From: Mantamonas sphyraenae STR306 | Lineage: Eukaryota; Protista; CRuMs | DNA length: 64,000 nt | Reading direction: 5' to 3' | Assembly: GCA_026936335.1 (NCBI GenBank) | Contig: JAPMXV010000052.1 | Location: 248,001 to 312,000, forward strand | Shown: positions 1-9,800 of the stretch, one piece after another | Position numbering within the stretch: the first letter of the stretch is position 1 | Layout: each line of letters begins with the position of its first letter | Made by a program: the position numbers and the translations under genes | Notes under the pieces: model-generated | The model's database searches: none | Told to the model about the DNA's origin: nothing | Seen by the model: the letters and a program-made list of their open reading frames with translations, nothing else

Positions 1-1338
1 GCGGTAGTGGTCCCAGTGGCCGGAGATCTTCCAGAGCTCGGCGTCAAACATGTTTGGGCTCATGACCTCGGTGAAGCCGCGCTTGCGGTACTGGGCCTTG
101 ATGAGGTCGAGGAGCTTGTTGACGATGCGGGTGCCGTGGGGCAGGAAGAAGCAGGAGCCCGGGCTGTAGTCGGTGTTGAAGAAAAACAGCTCCTGCTGCT
201 TGCCGATGTTGCGGTGGTTGCGCATTTCGGCCTCCTCGTAGCGCTGCTTGCACTGCTTCATGAGCTTCTTGTCGGGGAAGGAGACGCCGTAGACGCGCTG
301 GAGCTGCTCGTTCTTGGCGTCGCCCTTGTAGTAGGCGGCGGAGCCGTCGCGGACCCAAAAGTGCTTGATCTTGCCGGTGCGCGGGACGTGGGGCCCGCGG
401 CAGAGGTCGATGAGGTCGCCGCAGCGGTAGGCGGTGCAGGTTTCGCCCTCGGGCACCTTGTCGAGGATGGTCTGCTGCTTGAACTTGTTGTACTGGAACA
501 TGTCGAGGGCCTGGTCGCGGGTGAGGACGAGGCGCTCAAAGGGGGCGTCGTCCTTGATGGCGGCCTGGCAGACCTTTTGGAGGGCGTCAAAGTCGTCGTT
601 GGAGATCTTTGAGCCGTCGGGCATGTAGACGTCGTAGAAGAAGCCCTCCTCGATGGGGGGGCCCATGACGAGGTGTGCGCCGTAGGCCTTTTCGAGGGCC
701 TGGCCGAGGATGTGTGCGCTGCTGTGCCAAAACACGTCCTGGGCCTCCTTGTCGTCAAACTTGAGGAGCTCGAGGACGCAGTCTGCGTCGAGGGGCCGGT
801 GGAGGTCGCGGATCTGGCCGTCGACCTTTGCGGCGACGCTCTGGTTGGCGAGGCCCTGTGCAATGGAGGCGGCGATGGTGTACGGGGTGGCCTCGTGGGC
901 GACGGCGGTAACGATGTCGCCGTCGACGCCGTCCTTGCGGAGGGTGACCTTGATTTCTGAGGGAGGCGGGAGGCAGGAGGGCGGGGTCAGTGGGCGCGGG
1001 AGGGGGGGGGCGGGGGCGGGGGGAAAGGGAGGGTTTCGGCGGAATGGCATGTGCGGGGAAATGGGCGGAGGGCGAGGGCGGAGGGCGGGCGTACCCTTGC
1101 GCTCGAGGGCGGCTTGGCGCTCCTGCTGCTCGGCCATGAGCTGGTCCCAGATCTGGATGCGGTGCTGGATAAAGTCTGGATTTTCGAGGGCGTTGGGGTT
1201 GAAGCTGGCCTGAGCTGGCTTTTTGGATGCCTTCTTGTTGGCCTTTTTGGGCTTGGGGGTGGAGTTGGAGGAGGAGTTGGAGGAGGAGGAGTTGGACGGG
1301 AGGTCCTTTGGGGGTTGTTCCTCTGCTTGTTGGCTCAT
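1..1338 (-). CDS. TARS1: Cytosolic threonyl-tRNA synthetase, 5' part (runs off the window start); exons 1338-1095 and 956-<1
   Basis: Manual translation: MSQQAEE...FIQHRIQIWDQL, TGS domain (IKVTL...TPYTIA...RDLHRPL), FWHSSAHILG, DLCRGPH, LQRVYGVSFP, RNHRNIGKQQELFFF, SPNMFDAELWKISGHWDHY. GTAC...CAG intron 957-1094 with a CTGAC branch site. Confidence 0.96.
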   Translation of the reverse strand, partial: MSQQAEEQPPKDLPSNSSSSNSSSNSTPKPKKANKKASKKPAQASFNPNALENPDFIQHRIQIWDQLMAEQQERQAALERKGTPALRPRPPPISPHMPFRRNPPFPPAPAPPLPRPLTPPSCLPPPSEIKVTLRKDGVDGDIVTAVAHEATPYTIAASIAQGLANQSVAAKVDGQIRDLHRPLDADCVLELLKFDDKEAQDVFWHSSAHILGQALEKAYGAHLVMGPPIEEGFFYDVYMPDGSKISNDDFDALQKVCQAAIKDDAPFERLVLTRDQALDMFQYNKFKQQTILDKVPEGETCTAYRCGDLIDLCRGPHVPRTGKIKHFWVRDGSAAYYKGDAKNEQLQRVYGVSFPDKKLMKQCKQRYEEAEMRNHRNIGKQQELFFFNTDYSPGSCFFLPHGTRIVNKLLDLIKAQYRKRGFTEVMSPNMFDAELWKISGHWDHYR

Positions 1339-1408
1339 GGGTAGGTGTGGGGGGTTGTGGTGGGGAGGGGGGGCGGGGGCGGGGTGATCAAGTGGGTGGA
1401 GTGTGGAT

Positions 1409-4400
1409 GGATTGCGTTGCCCTGGACTGTCGTTGGATTCCATTGCCCTTGGTTGTCGTTGGATTCCATTGCCCTGGACTGTCGTTAGATTGGGTTGCTA
1501 TTGACTGGATTCCATTGCCCTTGGTTGTCGTTGGATTCCATTGCCCTGGACTGTCGTTGGATTCCATTGCCCTTGGTTGTCGTTGGATTCCATTGCCCTT
1601 GGTTGTCGTTGGATGGGTTGCCCTTGGTTGTCGTTGGATTCCATTGCCCTTGGTTGTCGTTGGATTCCATTGCCCTGGACTGTCGTTGGATTCCATTGCC
1701 CTTGGTTGTTGTTGGATTCCATTGCCCTGGACTGTCGTTGGATTCCGTTGCCCTGGACTGTCGTTGGATTCCATTGCCCTGGACTGTCGTTGGATTCCAT
1801 TGCCCTTGGTTGGATTCCATTGCCCTTGGTTGTCGTTGGATTCCGTTGCCCTGGACTGTCGTTGGATTCCATTGCCCTTGGTTGTCGTTGGATTCCGTTG
1901 CCCTGGACTGTCGTTGGATTCCATTGCCCTTGGTTGTCGTTGGATTCCGTTGCCCTGGACTGTCGTTGGATTCCATTGCCCTGGACTGTCGTTGGATTCT
2001 ATTGCCCTGGACTGTCGTTGGATTCCATTGCCCTTGGTTGTCGTTGGATTCCATTGCCCTTGGTTGTCGTTGGATTCCATTGCCCTGGACTGTCGTTGGA
2101 TTGTGTTGCCCTTGATTGGATTCCATTGCCCTTGGTTGTCGTTGGATTCCGTTGCCCTGGACTGTCGTTGGATTCCATTGCCCTTGGTTGTCGTTGGATT
2201 CCGTTGCCCTGGACTGTCGTTGGATTCCATTGCCCTGGACTGTCGTTGGATTCCATTGCCCTGGACTGTCGTTGGATTCCATTGCCCTTGGTTGGATTCC
2301 ATTGCCCTTGGTTGTCGTTGGATTCCGTTGCCCTGGACTGTCGTTGGATTGCGTTGCCCTTGACTGGATTCCATTGCCCTGGACTGTCGTTGGAATGCGT
2401 TGCCCTTGACTGGATTCCATTGCCCTGGACTGTCGTTGGATTGTGTTGCCCTTGATTGGATTCCATTGCCCTTGGTTGTCGTTGGATTGCGTTGCCTTGG
2501 ACTGTCGTTGGATTCCATTGCCCTTGGTTGTCGTTGGATTCCGTTGCCCTGGACTGTCGTTGGATTCCATTGCCCTTGGTTGTCGTTGGATTCCGTTGCC
2601 CTGGACTGTCGTTGGATTCCATTGCCCTGGACTGTCGTTGGATTCCATTGCCCTGGACTGTCGTTGGATTCCATTGCCCTTGGTTGGATTCCATTGCCCT
2701 TGGTTGTCGTTGGATTCCGTTGCCCTGGACTGTCGTTGGATTGCGTTGCCCTTGACTGGATTCCATTGCCCTGGACTGTCGTTGGATTGTGTTGCCCTTG
2801 ATTGGATTCCATTGCCCTTGGTTGTCGTTGGATTGCGTTGCCTTGGACTGTCGTTGGATTCCATTGCCCTTGGTTGTCGTTGGATTCCGTTGCCCTGGAC
2901 TGTCGTTGGATTCCATTGCCCTTGGTTGGATTCCATTGCCCTTGGTTGTCGTTGGATTCCGTTGCCCTGGACTGTCGTTGGATTCCATTGCCCTGGACTG
3001 TCGTTGGATTGTGTTGCCCTGGACTGTCGTTGGATTCCATTGCCCTTGGTTGGATTCCATTGCCCTTGGTTGTCGTTGGATTCCGTTGCCCTGGACTGTC
3101 GTTGGATTCCATTGCCCTGGACTGTCGTTGGATTGTGTTGCCCTGGACTGTCGTTGGATTCCATTGCCCTGGACTGTCGTTGGATTCCATTGCCCTGGAC
3201 TGTCGTTGGATTCCATTGCCCTTGGTTGGATTCCATTGCCCTGGACTGTCGTTGGATTGTGTTGCCCTGGACTGTCGTTGGATTCCATTGCCCTGGACTG
3301 TCGTTGGATTGTGTTGCCCTGGACTGTCGTTGGATTCCATTGCCCTGGACTGTCGTTGGATTCCATTGCCCTTGGTTGTCGTTGGATTCCATTGCACTGG
3401 ACTGTCGTTGGATTCCATTGCCCTTGGTTGGATTCCATTGCCCTTGGTTGTCGTTGGATTCCGTTGCCCTGGACTGTCGTTGGATTCCATTGCCCTGGAC
3501 TGTCGTTGGATTCTATTGCCCTGGACTGTCGTTGGATTCCATTGCCCTGGACTGTCGTTGGATTCCATTGCCCTTGGTTGTCGTTGGATTCCATTGCCCT
3601 GGACTGTCGTTGGATTGTGTTGCCCTTGATTGGATTCCATTGCCCTTGGTTGTCGTTGGATTCCGTTGCCCTGGACTGTCGTTGGATTCCATTGCCCTTG
3701 GTTGTCGTTGGATTCCATTGCCCTGGACTGTCGTTGGATTCCATTGCCCTGGACTGTCGTTGGATTCCATTGCCCTGGACTGTCGTTGGATTCCATTGCC
3801 CTTGGTTGGATTCCATTGCCCTTGGTTGTCGTTGGATTCCGTTGCCCTGGACTGTCGTTGGATTCCATTGCCCTTGGTTGTCGTTGGATTCCATTGCCCT
3901 GGACTGTCGTTGGATTGTGTTGCCCTTGACTGGATTCCATTGCCCTTGGTTGTCGTTGGATTGCGTTGCCTTGGACTGTCGTTGGATTGGGTTGCCCTTG
4001 ACTGGATTCCATTGCCCTGGACTGTCGTTGGATTCCATTGCCCTGTTCTGTCGTTGGATTCCATTGCCCTTGGTTGTCGTTGGATTGCGTTGCCCTGGAC
4101 TGTCGTTGGATTCCATTGCCCTTGGTTGTCGTTGGATTCCATTGCCCTTGGTTGTCGTTGGATTCTATTGCCCTGGACTGTCGTTGGATTCCATTGCCCT
4201 GGACTGTCGTTGGATTCCATTGCCCTTGGTTGTCGTTGGATTCCATTGCCCTGGACTGTCGTTGGATTGTGTTGCCCTTGATTGGATTCCATTGCCCTTG
4301 GTTGTCGTTGGATTCCGTTGCCCTGGACTGTCGTTGGATTCCATTGCCCTTGGTTGTCGTTGGATTCCATTGCCCTGGACTGTCGTTGGATTCCATTGCC

Positions 4401-6881
4401 CTGGACTGTCGTTGGATTCCATTGCCCTGGACTGTCGTTGGATTCCATTGCCCTTGGTTGGATTCCATTGCCCTTGGTTGTCGTTGGATTCCGTTGCCCT
4501 GGACTGTCGTTGGATTCCATTGCCCTTGGTTGTCGTTGGATTCCATTGCCCTGGACTGTCGTTGGATTGTGTTGCCCTTGACTGGATTCCATTGCCCTTG
4601 GTTGTCGTTGGATTGCGTTGCCTTGGACTGTCGTTGGATTGGGTTGCCCTTGACTGGATTCCATTGCCCTGGACTGTCGTTGGATTCCATTGCCCTGTTC
4701 TGTCGTTGGATTCCATTGCCCTTGGTTGTCGTTGGATTGCGTTGCCCTGGACTGTCGTTGGATTCCATTGCCCTTGGTTGTCGTTGGATTCCATTGCCCT
4801 TGGTTGTCGTTGGATTGGGTTGCCCTTGACTGGATTCCATTGCCCTGGACTGTCGTTGGATTCCATTGCCCTGGACTGTCGTTGGATTCCATTGCCCTTG
4901 GTTGTCGTTGGATTGCGTTGCCCTGGACTGTCGTTGGATTCCATTGCCCTTGGTTGTCGTTGGATTCCATTGCCCTTGGTTGTCGTTGGATTCCATTGCC
5001 CTTGGTTGTCGTTGGATTCCATTGCCCTGGACTGTCGTTGGATTCCATTGCCCTGGACTGTCGTTGGATTGTGTTGCCCTGGACTGTCGTTGGATTCCAT
5101 TGCCCTGGACTGTCGTTGGATTCCATTGCCCTGGACTGTCGTTGGATTCCATTGCCCTGGACTGTCGTTGGATTCCATTGCCCTTGGTTGGATTCCATTG
5201 CCCTGGACTGTCGTTGGATTGTGTTGCCCTGGACTGTCGTTGGATTCCATTGCCCTGGACTGTCGTTGGATTGTGTTGCCCTGGACTGTCGTTGGATTCC
5301 ATTGCCCTGGACTGTCGTTGGATTCCATTGCCCTTGGTTGTCGTTGGATTCCATTGCCCTGGACTGTCGTTGGATTCCATTGCCCTTGGTTGGATTCCAT
5401 TGCCCTTGGTTGTCGTTGGATTCCGTTGCCCTGGACTGTCGTTGGATTCCATTGCCCTTGGTTGTCGTTGGATTGCGTTGCCCTGGACTGTCGTTGGATT
5501 CCATTGCCCTTGGTTGTCGTTGGATTGCGTTGCCCTGGACTGTCGTTGGATTCCATTGCCCTGGACTGTCGTTGGATTCCATTGCCCTTGGTTGTCGTTG
5601 GATTCCGTTGCCCTGGACTGTCGTTGGATTCCATTGCCCTTGGTTGTCGTTGGATTCCATTGCCCTTGGTTGTCGTTGGATTCCGTTGCCCTGGACTGTC
5701 GTTGGATTCCATTGCCCTGGACTGTCGTTGGATTCCATTGCCCTTGGTTGTCGTTGGATTCCATTGCCCTGGACTGTCGTTGGATTCCATTGCCCTGGAC
5801 TGTCGTTGGATTCCATTGCCCTTGGTTGTCGTTGGATTGCGTTGCCCTGGACTGTCGTTGGATTCCATTGCCCTGGACTGTCGTTGGATTCCATTGCCCT
5901 TGGTTGTCGTTGGATTGCGTTGCCCTGGACTGTCGTTGGATTCCATTGCCCTGGACTGTCGTTGGATTGTGTTGCCCTTGGTTGTCGTTGGATTCCATTG
6001 CCCTGGACTGTCGTTGGATTGTGTTGCCCTTGGTTGTCGTTGGATTCCATTGCCCTGGACTGTCGTTGGATTCCATTGCCCTTGGTTGTCGTTGGATTCC
6101 ATTGCCCTTGGTTGTCGTTGGATTCCATTGCCCTTGGTTGTCGTTGGATTCCGTTGCCCTGGACTGTCGTTGGATTCCATTGCCCTGGACTGTCGTTGGA
6201 TTCCATTGCCCTTGGTTGTCGTTGGATTCCATTGCCCTGGACTGTCGTTGGATTCCATTGCCCTGGACTGTCGTTGGATTCCATTGCCCTTGGTTGTCGT
6301 TGGATTCCATTGCCCTGGACTGTCGTTGGATTCCATTGCCCTTGGTTGTCGTTGGATTGCGTTGCCCTGGACTGTCGTTGGATTCCATTGCCCTGGACTG
6401 TCGTTGGATTCCATTGCCCTTGGTTGTCGTTGGATTGCGTTGCCCTGGACTGTCGTTGGATTCCATTGCCCTTGGTTGTCGTTGGATTGCGTTGCCCTGG
6501 ACTGTCGTTGGATTCCATTGCCCTGGACTGTCGTTGGATTCCATTGCCCTGGACTGTCGTTGGATTCCATTGCCCTTGATTGGATTCCATTGCCCTTGGT
6601 TGTCGTTGGATTGCGTTGCCTTGGACTGTCGTTGGATTCCATTGCCCTTGGTTGTCGTTGGATTCCATTGCCCTGGACTGTCGTTGGATTCCATTGCCCT
6701 TGGTTGTCGTTGGATTCCATTGCCCTGGACTGTCGTTGGATTGCGTTGCCTTGGACTGTCGTTGGATTCCATTGCCCTGTTCTGTCGTTGGATTCCATTG
6801 CCCTGGACTGTCGTTGGATTCCATTGCCCTTGGTTGTCGTTGGATTCCATTGCCCTGGACTGTCGTTGAATTCCATTGCCC
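1409..6881. repeat. Minisatellite: ~210 units of 26 bp (GGATT-cca/ccg/gcg/gtg-TTGCCCT-ggac/tggt-TGTCGTT) with 20-bp deletion variants and higher-order duplications
   Basis: Directly visible tandem array. Near-identical ORF blocks offset by 652 bp (3630/4282, 4038/4690) and by 340-346 bp (2116/2456/2802). Confidence 0.98.
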
Positions 6882-6939
6882 GACGCCTGCGGTTGTTGTT
6901 GTTGGCGCACGGTACGGCATCGAAACTCGCATCGATAGC

Positions 6940-7704
6940 ATGGGCAAAGGGTTCAAGAAGAGCAAGGCCGCACAGGCGGGAGTGAGTGCAGAGGAGGCAG
7001 CGGTGATGGTGGACAAGGGCGGAGTCAGTGTGGCGGATGTGATGGCCGGAAAGGGCGGCGGCGTCAAAAAGGGCGGGTTCAAGAAGAGCAAGGCCGCACA
7101 GGCGGGAGTGAGCGCAGAGGAGGCGGCAGAGATGGTGGACAAGGGCGGAGTCAGCGTGGCGGACGTGATGGCCGGAAAGGGCGGCGGCGTCAAAAAGGGC
7201 GGGTTCAAGAAGAGCAAGGCCGCACAGGCGGGGGTCAGCGCAGAGGAGGCGGCAGTGATGGTGGACAAGGGCGGAGTCAGCGTGGAGGACGTGATGGCCG
7301 GGAAAAAGGGCGCAGAGGTGGAGGTGGAGGTGGAGGTGGACGCCGAAAAGGCAAAGGAGGCAAAGGAGGCGGAGGAGAAGGAGGCGGCGGCAAAGGCGGC
7401 AAGGCGCGCGCGTTTCGGGCGGAAGCGGGCAAAGGGGGAGGAGGAGACAGGAGGTAAGGAGGGCAAGGCCAAGGCCAAAGGAGAGGGAGAGGGGGACACA
7501 GGAGGAGGAAAGAAGGTGGTTGACACCGGGGCGCGCGCAAAGAGAAAGAGGAAGCGTGAGGAGGAGGAGGAGGAGGACGGGCAGGACGGGCAGGACGCAG
7601 AGAGTGGTGGCGAAAAGCAGGAGGAGGAGGAGGAGGTGCAAGGGGGCGCAAGAAAGAGGCAGAGGGTGCAGAGGAAGAAGCGAGGAGGCGGCGGCGGAAA
7701 GTGA
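6940..7704 (+). CDS. Lys/Gly/Glu-rich hypothetical protein with three 42-aa (126-bp) tandem repeats; 3' end uncertain
   Basis: ATG at 6940 (MGKGFKKSK) just after the array. Repeats start at 6949, 7075 and 7201 and differ mostly at third codon positions. Confidence 0.6.
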   Translation: MGKGFKKSKAAQAGVSAEEAAVMVDKGGVSVADVMAGKGGGVKKGGFKKSKAAQAGVSAEEAAEMVDKGGVSVADVMAGKGGGVKKGGFKKSKAAQAGVSAEEAAVMVDKGGVSVEDVMAGKKGAEVEVEVEVDAEKAKEAKEAEEKEAAAKAARRARFGRKRAKGEEETGGKEGKAKAKGEGEGDTGGGKKVVDTGARAKRKRKREEEEEEDGQDGQDAESGGEKQEEEEEVQGGARKRQRVQRKKRGGGGGK

Positions 7705-7970
7705 AAACGCGCGCGGAGGCGGAGCCAAGGCAGATGACGCCAAGGAATACATTGCTGTTGAGCGGGTGTCTTGTGGGCATCGTGGTGGCGGCGGTGAAGC
7801 CCACGGTGGCGCAGCCGTCGGTGGGGGCCAGGAGGGCCGCAGCGAGTCGTGGCTGGGTCAGGGAACAATAAACCACACGCGTGCAATTTATACATACATT
7901 GGGCGTCTCGTAGAGGGCACAGAGCGTGCTGTGGTGGCCGGGCGCCGTCAGCCAATCTGTACACAAGGGC

Positions 7971-8945
7971 TCATCGCAAGGCCTTGGGGGCAATGATGCG
8001 CAGCGCGTGGTCGCCGCCGGCGTCGTCGTCGCCCCACGCTTGGGTCACAGGGACCACGCGGCTCTCGCGGATGGAAAAACGGGCCGGCGTGTGGCCAGTG
8101 GGACCCACAGTGACCGTGTGCGGGTCGTCGGCGGCGGCGGCGGGCGGGCGAGAGGCAAGGCGGCGCCAGCAGGCCTGGGCGTGGCCGAAATGGTGCAGCA
8201 CCAGAGAGGCAAGCACAAGGGCGACCAGCAGGCTGCACAGCACAATGAGCACAACCAGCCACCAGTCCAGGGCCTGCTCGCGGCAGTCGAGAAAGGCGCA
8301 GGACGGGGCATCGACGCGTTTGGGAAACTCAAAGACCGCCGTCCAGCGCTCAGCCTCGGTGGAGGACTGGCGCGTGAAAAAGGCCTCGTCGCGGACGCGG
8401 CGCACGTGCGGGTCCGGCCCGTCGGGCCACGGGGACAGCAGCGAGACCGAACTCTTGTCCTGGCTGAGAGCCATGTCCGAAGGGACCGCTGGCCACGCCA
8501 CAACGTTCTTGGAGGCGTTGGTGCACATCCAGTGCGTGACCGTGTAGGCGAGGTGAAAGGTGTACGCCTGCAGCGAGGGCTGGCGCGTAAAGGAGACGCG
8601 TACGGCCATGCGCGCGGTTTGGGCCTCGGTGTTGCGCGTGGTCGGGTCGGACTTGGCCGTGACCGACGTGGACGGGCTCGTCACGTCGAGGAGGGCAATG
8701 GAAGAGGCGTAGCGGCCGTCGCACTGGGCGATTTGGATGGCGCGGTCAAACTGGTCGACGTTGGGCCCAGGGCGGGCGACAAAGGTCTCGTTGACGAGCA
8801 TGGTCTGCGCAGAGGCCGTGCGGAAGGACAGGACGGTGGCCACCGAGTCGTACTGGATCGCAGGCTGGCCTTGGGCCTGCGTGCGGGGCGCCGGGGAGAG
8901 GAGGAGCAGGAGGAGAACGAGGACGGGGAGGAACGGGGCGGGCAT
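7971..8945 (-). CDS. Single-pass membrane protein (signal peptide, ectodomain, C-terminal TM helix)
   Basis: MPAPFLPVLVLLLLLLSP signal; WWLVVLIVLCSLLVALVLASLVL TM segment. Confidence 0.75.
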   Translation of the reverse strand: MPAPFLPVLVLLLLLLSPAPRTQAQGQPAIQYDSVATVLSFRTASAQTMLVNETFVARPGPNVDQFDRAIQIAQCDGRYASSIALLDVTSPSTSVTAKSDPTTRNTEAQTARMAVRVSFTRQPSLQAYTFHLAYTVTHWMCTNASKNVVAWPAVPSDMALSQDKSSVSLLSPWPDGPDPHVRRVRDEAFFTRQSSTEAERWTAVFEFPKRVDAPSCAFLDCREQALDWWLVVLIVLCSLLVALVLASLVLHHFGHAQACWRRLASRPPAAAADDPHTVTVGPTGHTPARFSIRESRVVPVTQAWGDDDAGGDHALRIIAPKALR

Positions 8946-8971
8946 TTTTCTTCTTCTTTTGTTGGGCGCGC

Positions 8972-9727
8972 TCACGGCCCAGGCTCAAACCAGCCCTTGG
9001 GCAGCCACCACGGGCAGGAGCCGCGGTCGGCGTCGGCGTCGGCGACGTCGTCGGACGAGTCGGCAGAGTCAAAGAGGTGGACGCGGGCGCGGTGGTGATG
9101 GAACCCAAAGTGCTGGCGCGCAAGCGGGATCACGACGCGGCAGTCGTACATGCAGGTGGAAAAGTACTTCTTGGCAATGGTGTAGACTTGGTCGGCCTGC
9201 TGGCATTGGGCGAGGGTTGCAGGGTTGGCGTCGCAGCTGGGGCCGAAATTCTCGCGGAGGGATGCAATGGCGTTGAGCTTGGACGGGCTGGACGGGCAGT
9301 TGCTGGAGGCCAGCAGCGAGCCGAAGCGTGACAGGTCGACGTGCGAGGCGCGCAGGAGGTCGAGCTGCATGCGGTCGACCGCGCCGCCGATGTAGCGGCA
9401 GATGGAGCGGCGGGAGGGGAAGGAACGGCGGGAGGGGCGGCGGGGGGGGAAGTAGGAATCGGAGTCGGAGACGGAGGAGGAGGAGGAGGAGGAGGAGGAG
9501 GAGGAGGAGGAGGAGGCGATGTCGAGCAGGCGCTCGCGGTCGTGCTCCATCTCGGCGTAGGCGTCGGCGACGTGGGCAGGGACAGAGGTGGGAAAGGTGC
9601 CTTCGGGGAGCATGGCGGCGGCGAGTTCGGCTCGGTCGTCGGCCAGGGCGGGCGCGAGGAGGGCGAGGAGGGTGAAGAGGGTGAGGAGGGTGAGGGGGGT
9701 GAGGGGAAGAGACAGGGTGGTCTTCAT
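8972..9727 (-). CDS. Secreted Cys-containing hypothetical protein with a poly-Ser tract
   Basis: MKTTLSLPLTPLTLLTLFTLLALLAPALA signal peptide; several Cys in the C-terminal half. Confidence 0.75.
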   Translation of the reverse strand: MKTTLSLPLTPLTLLTLFTLLALLAPALADDRAELAAAMLPEGTFPTSVPAHVADAYAEMEHDRERLLDIASSSSSSSSSSSSSSVSDSDSYFPPRRPSRRSFPSRRSICRYIGGAVDRMQLDLLRASHVDLSRFGSLLASSNCPSSPSKLNAIASLRENFGPSCDANPATLAQCQQADQVYTIAKKYFSTCMYDCRVVIPLARQHFGFHHHRARVHLFDSADSSDDVADADADRGSCPWWLPKGWFEPGP

Positions 9728-9800
9728 GGTTGGGGGTTGGGGGGGGGTAGGTGTGGGGTGGAGGGCGGGCGGGGGCAAGGAGAGACAAAAGCACAAAAGC

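Noticed and set aside
1409-6881. CRISPR array or telomeric repeat
   Set aside because: No unique spacers; the array is internal and flanked by genes.
1227-6985. Very long ORFs on both strands across the 26-bp array (up to 1840 aa)
   Set aside because: All frames give the same permuted peptide because the unit has few stop codons and is not a multiple of 3; this is a repeat artefact.
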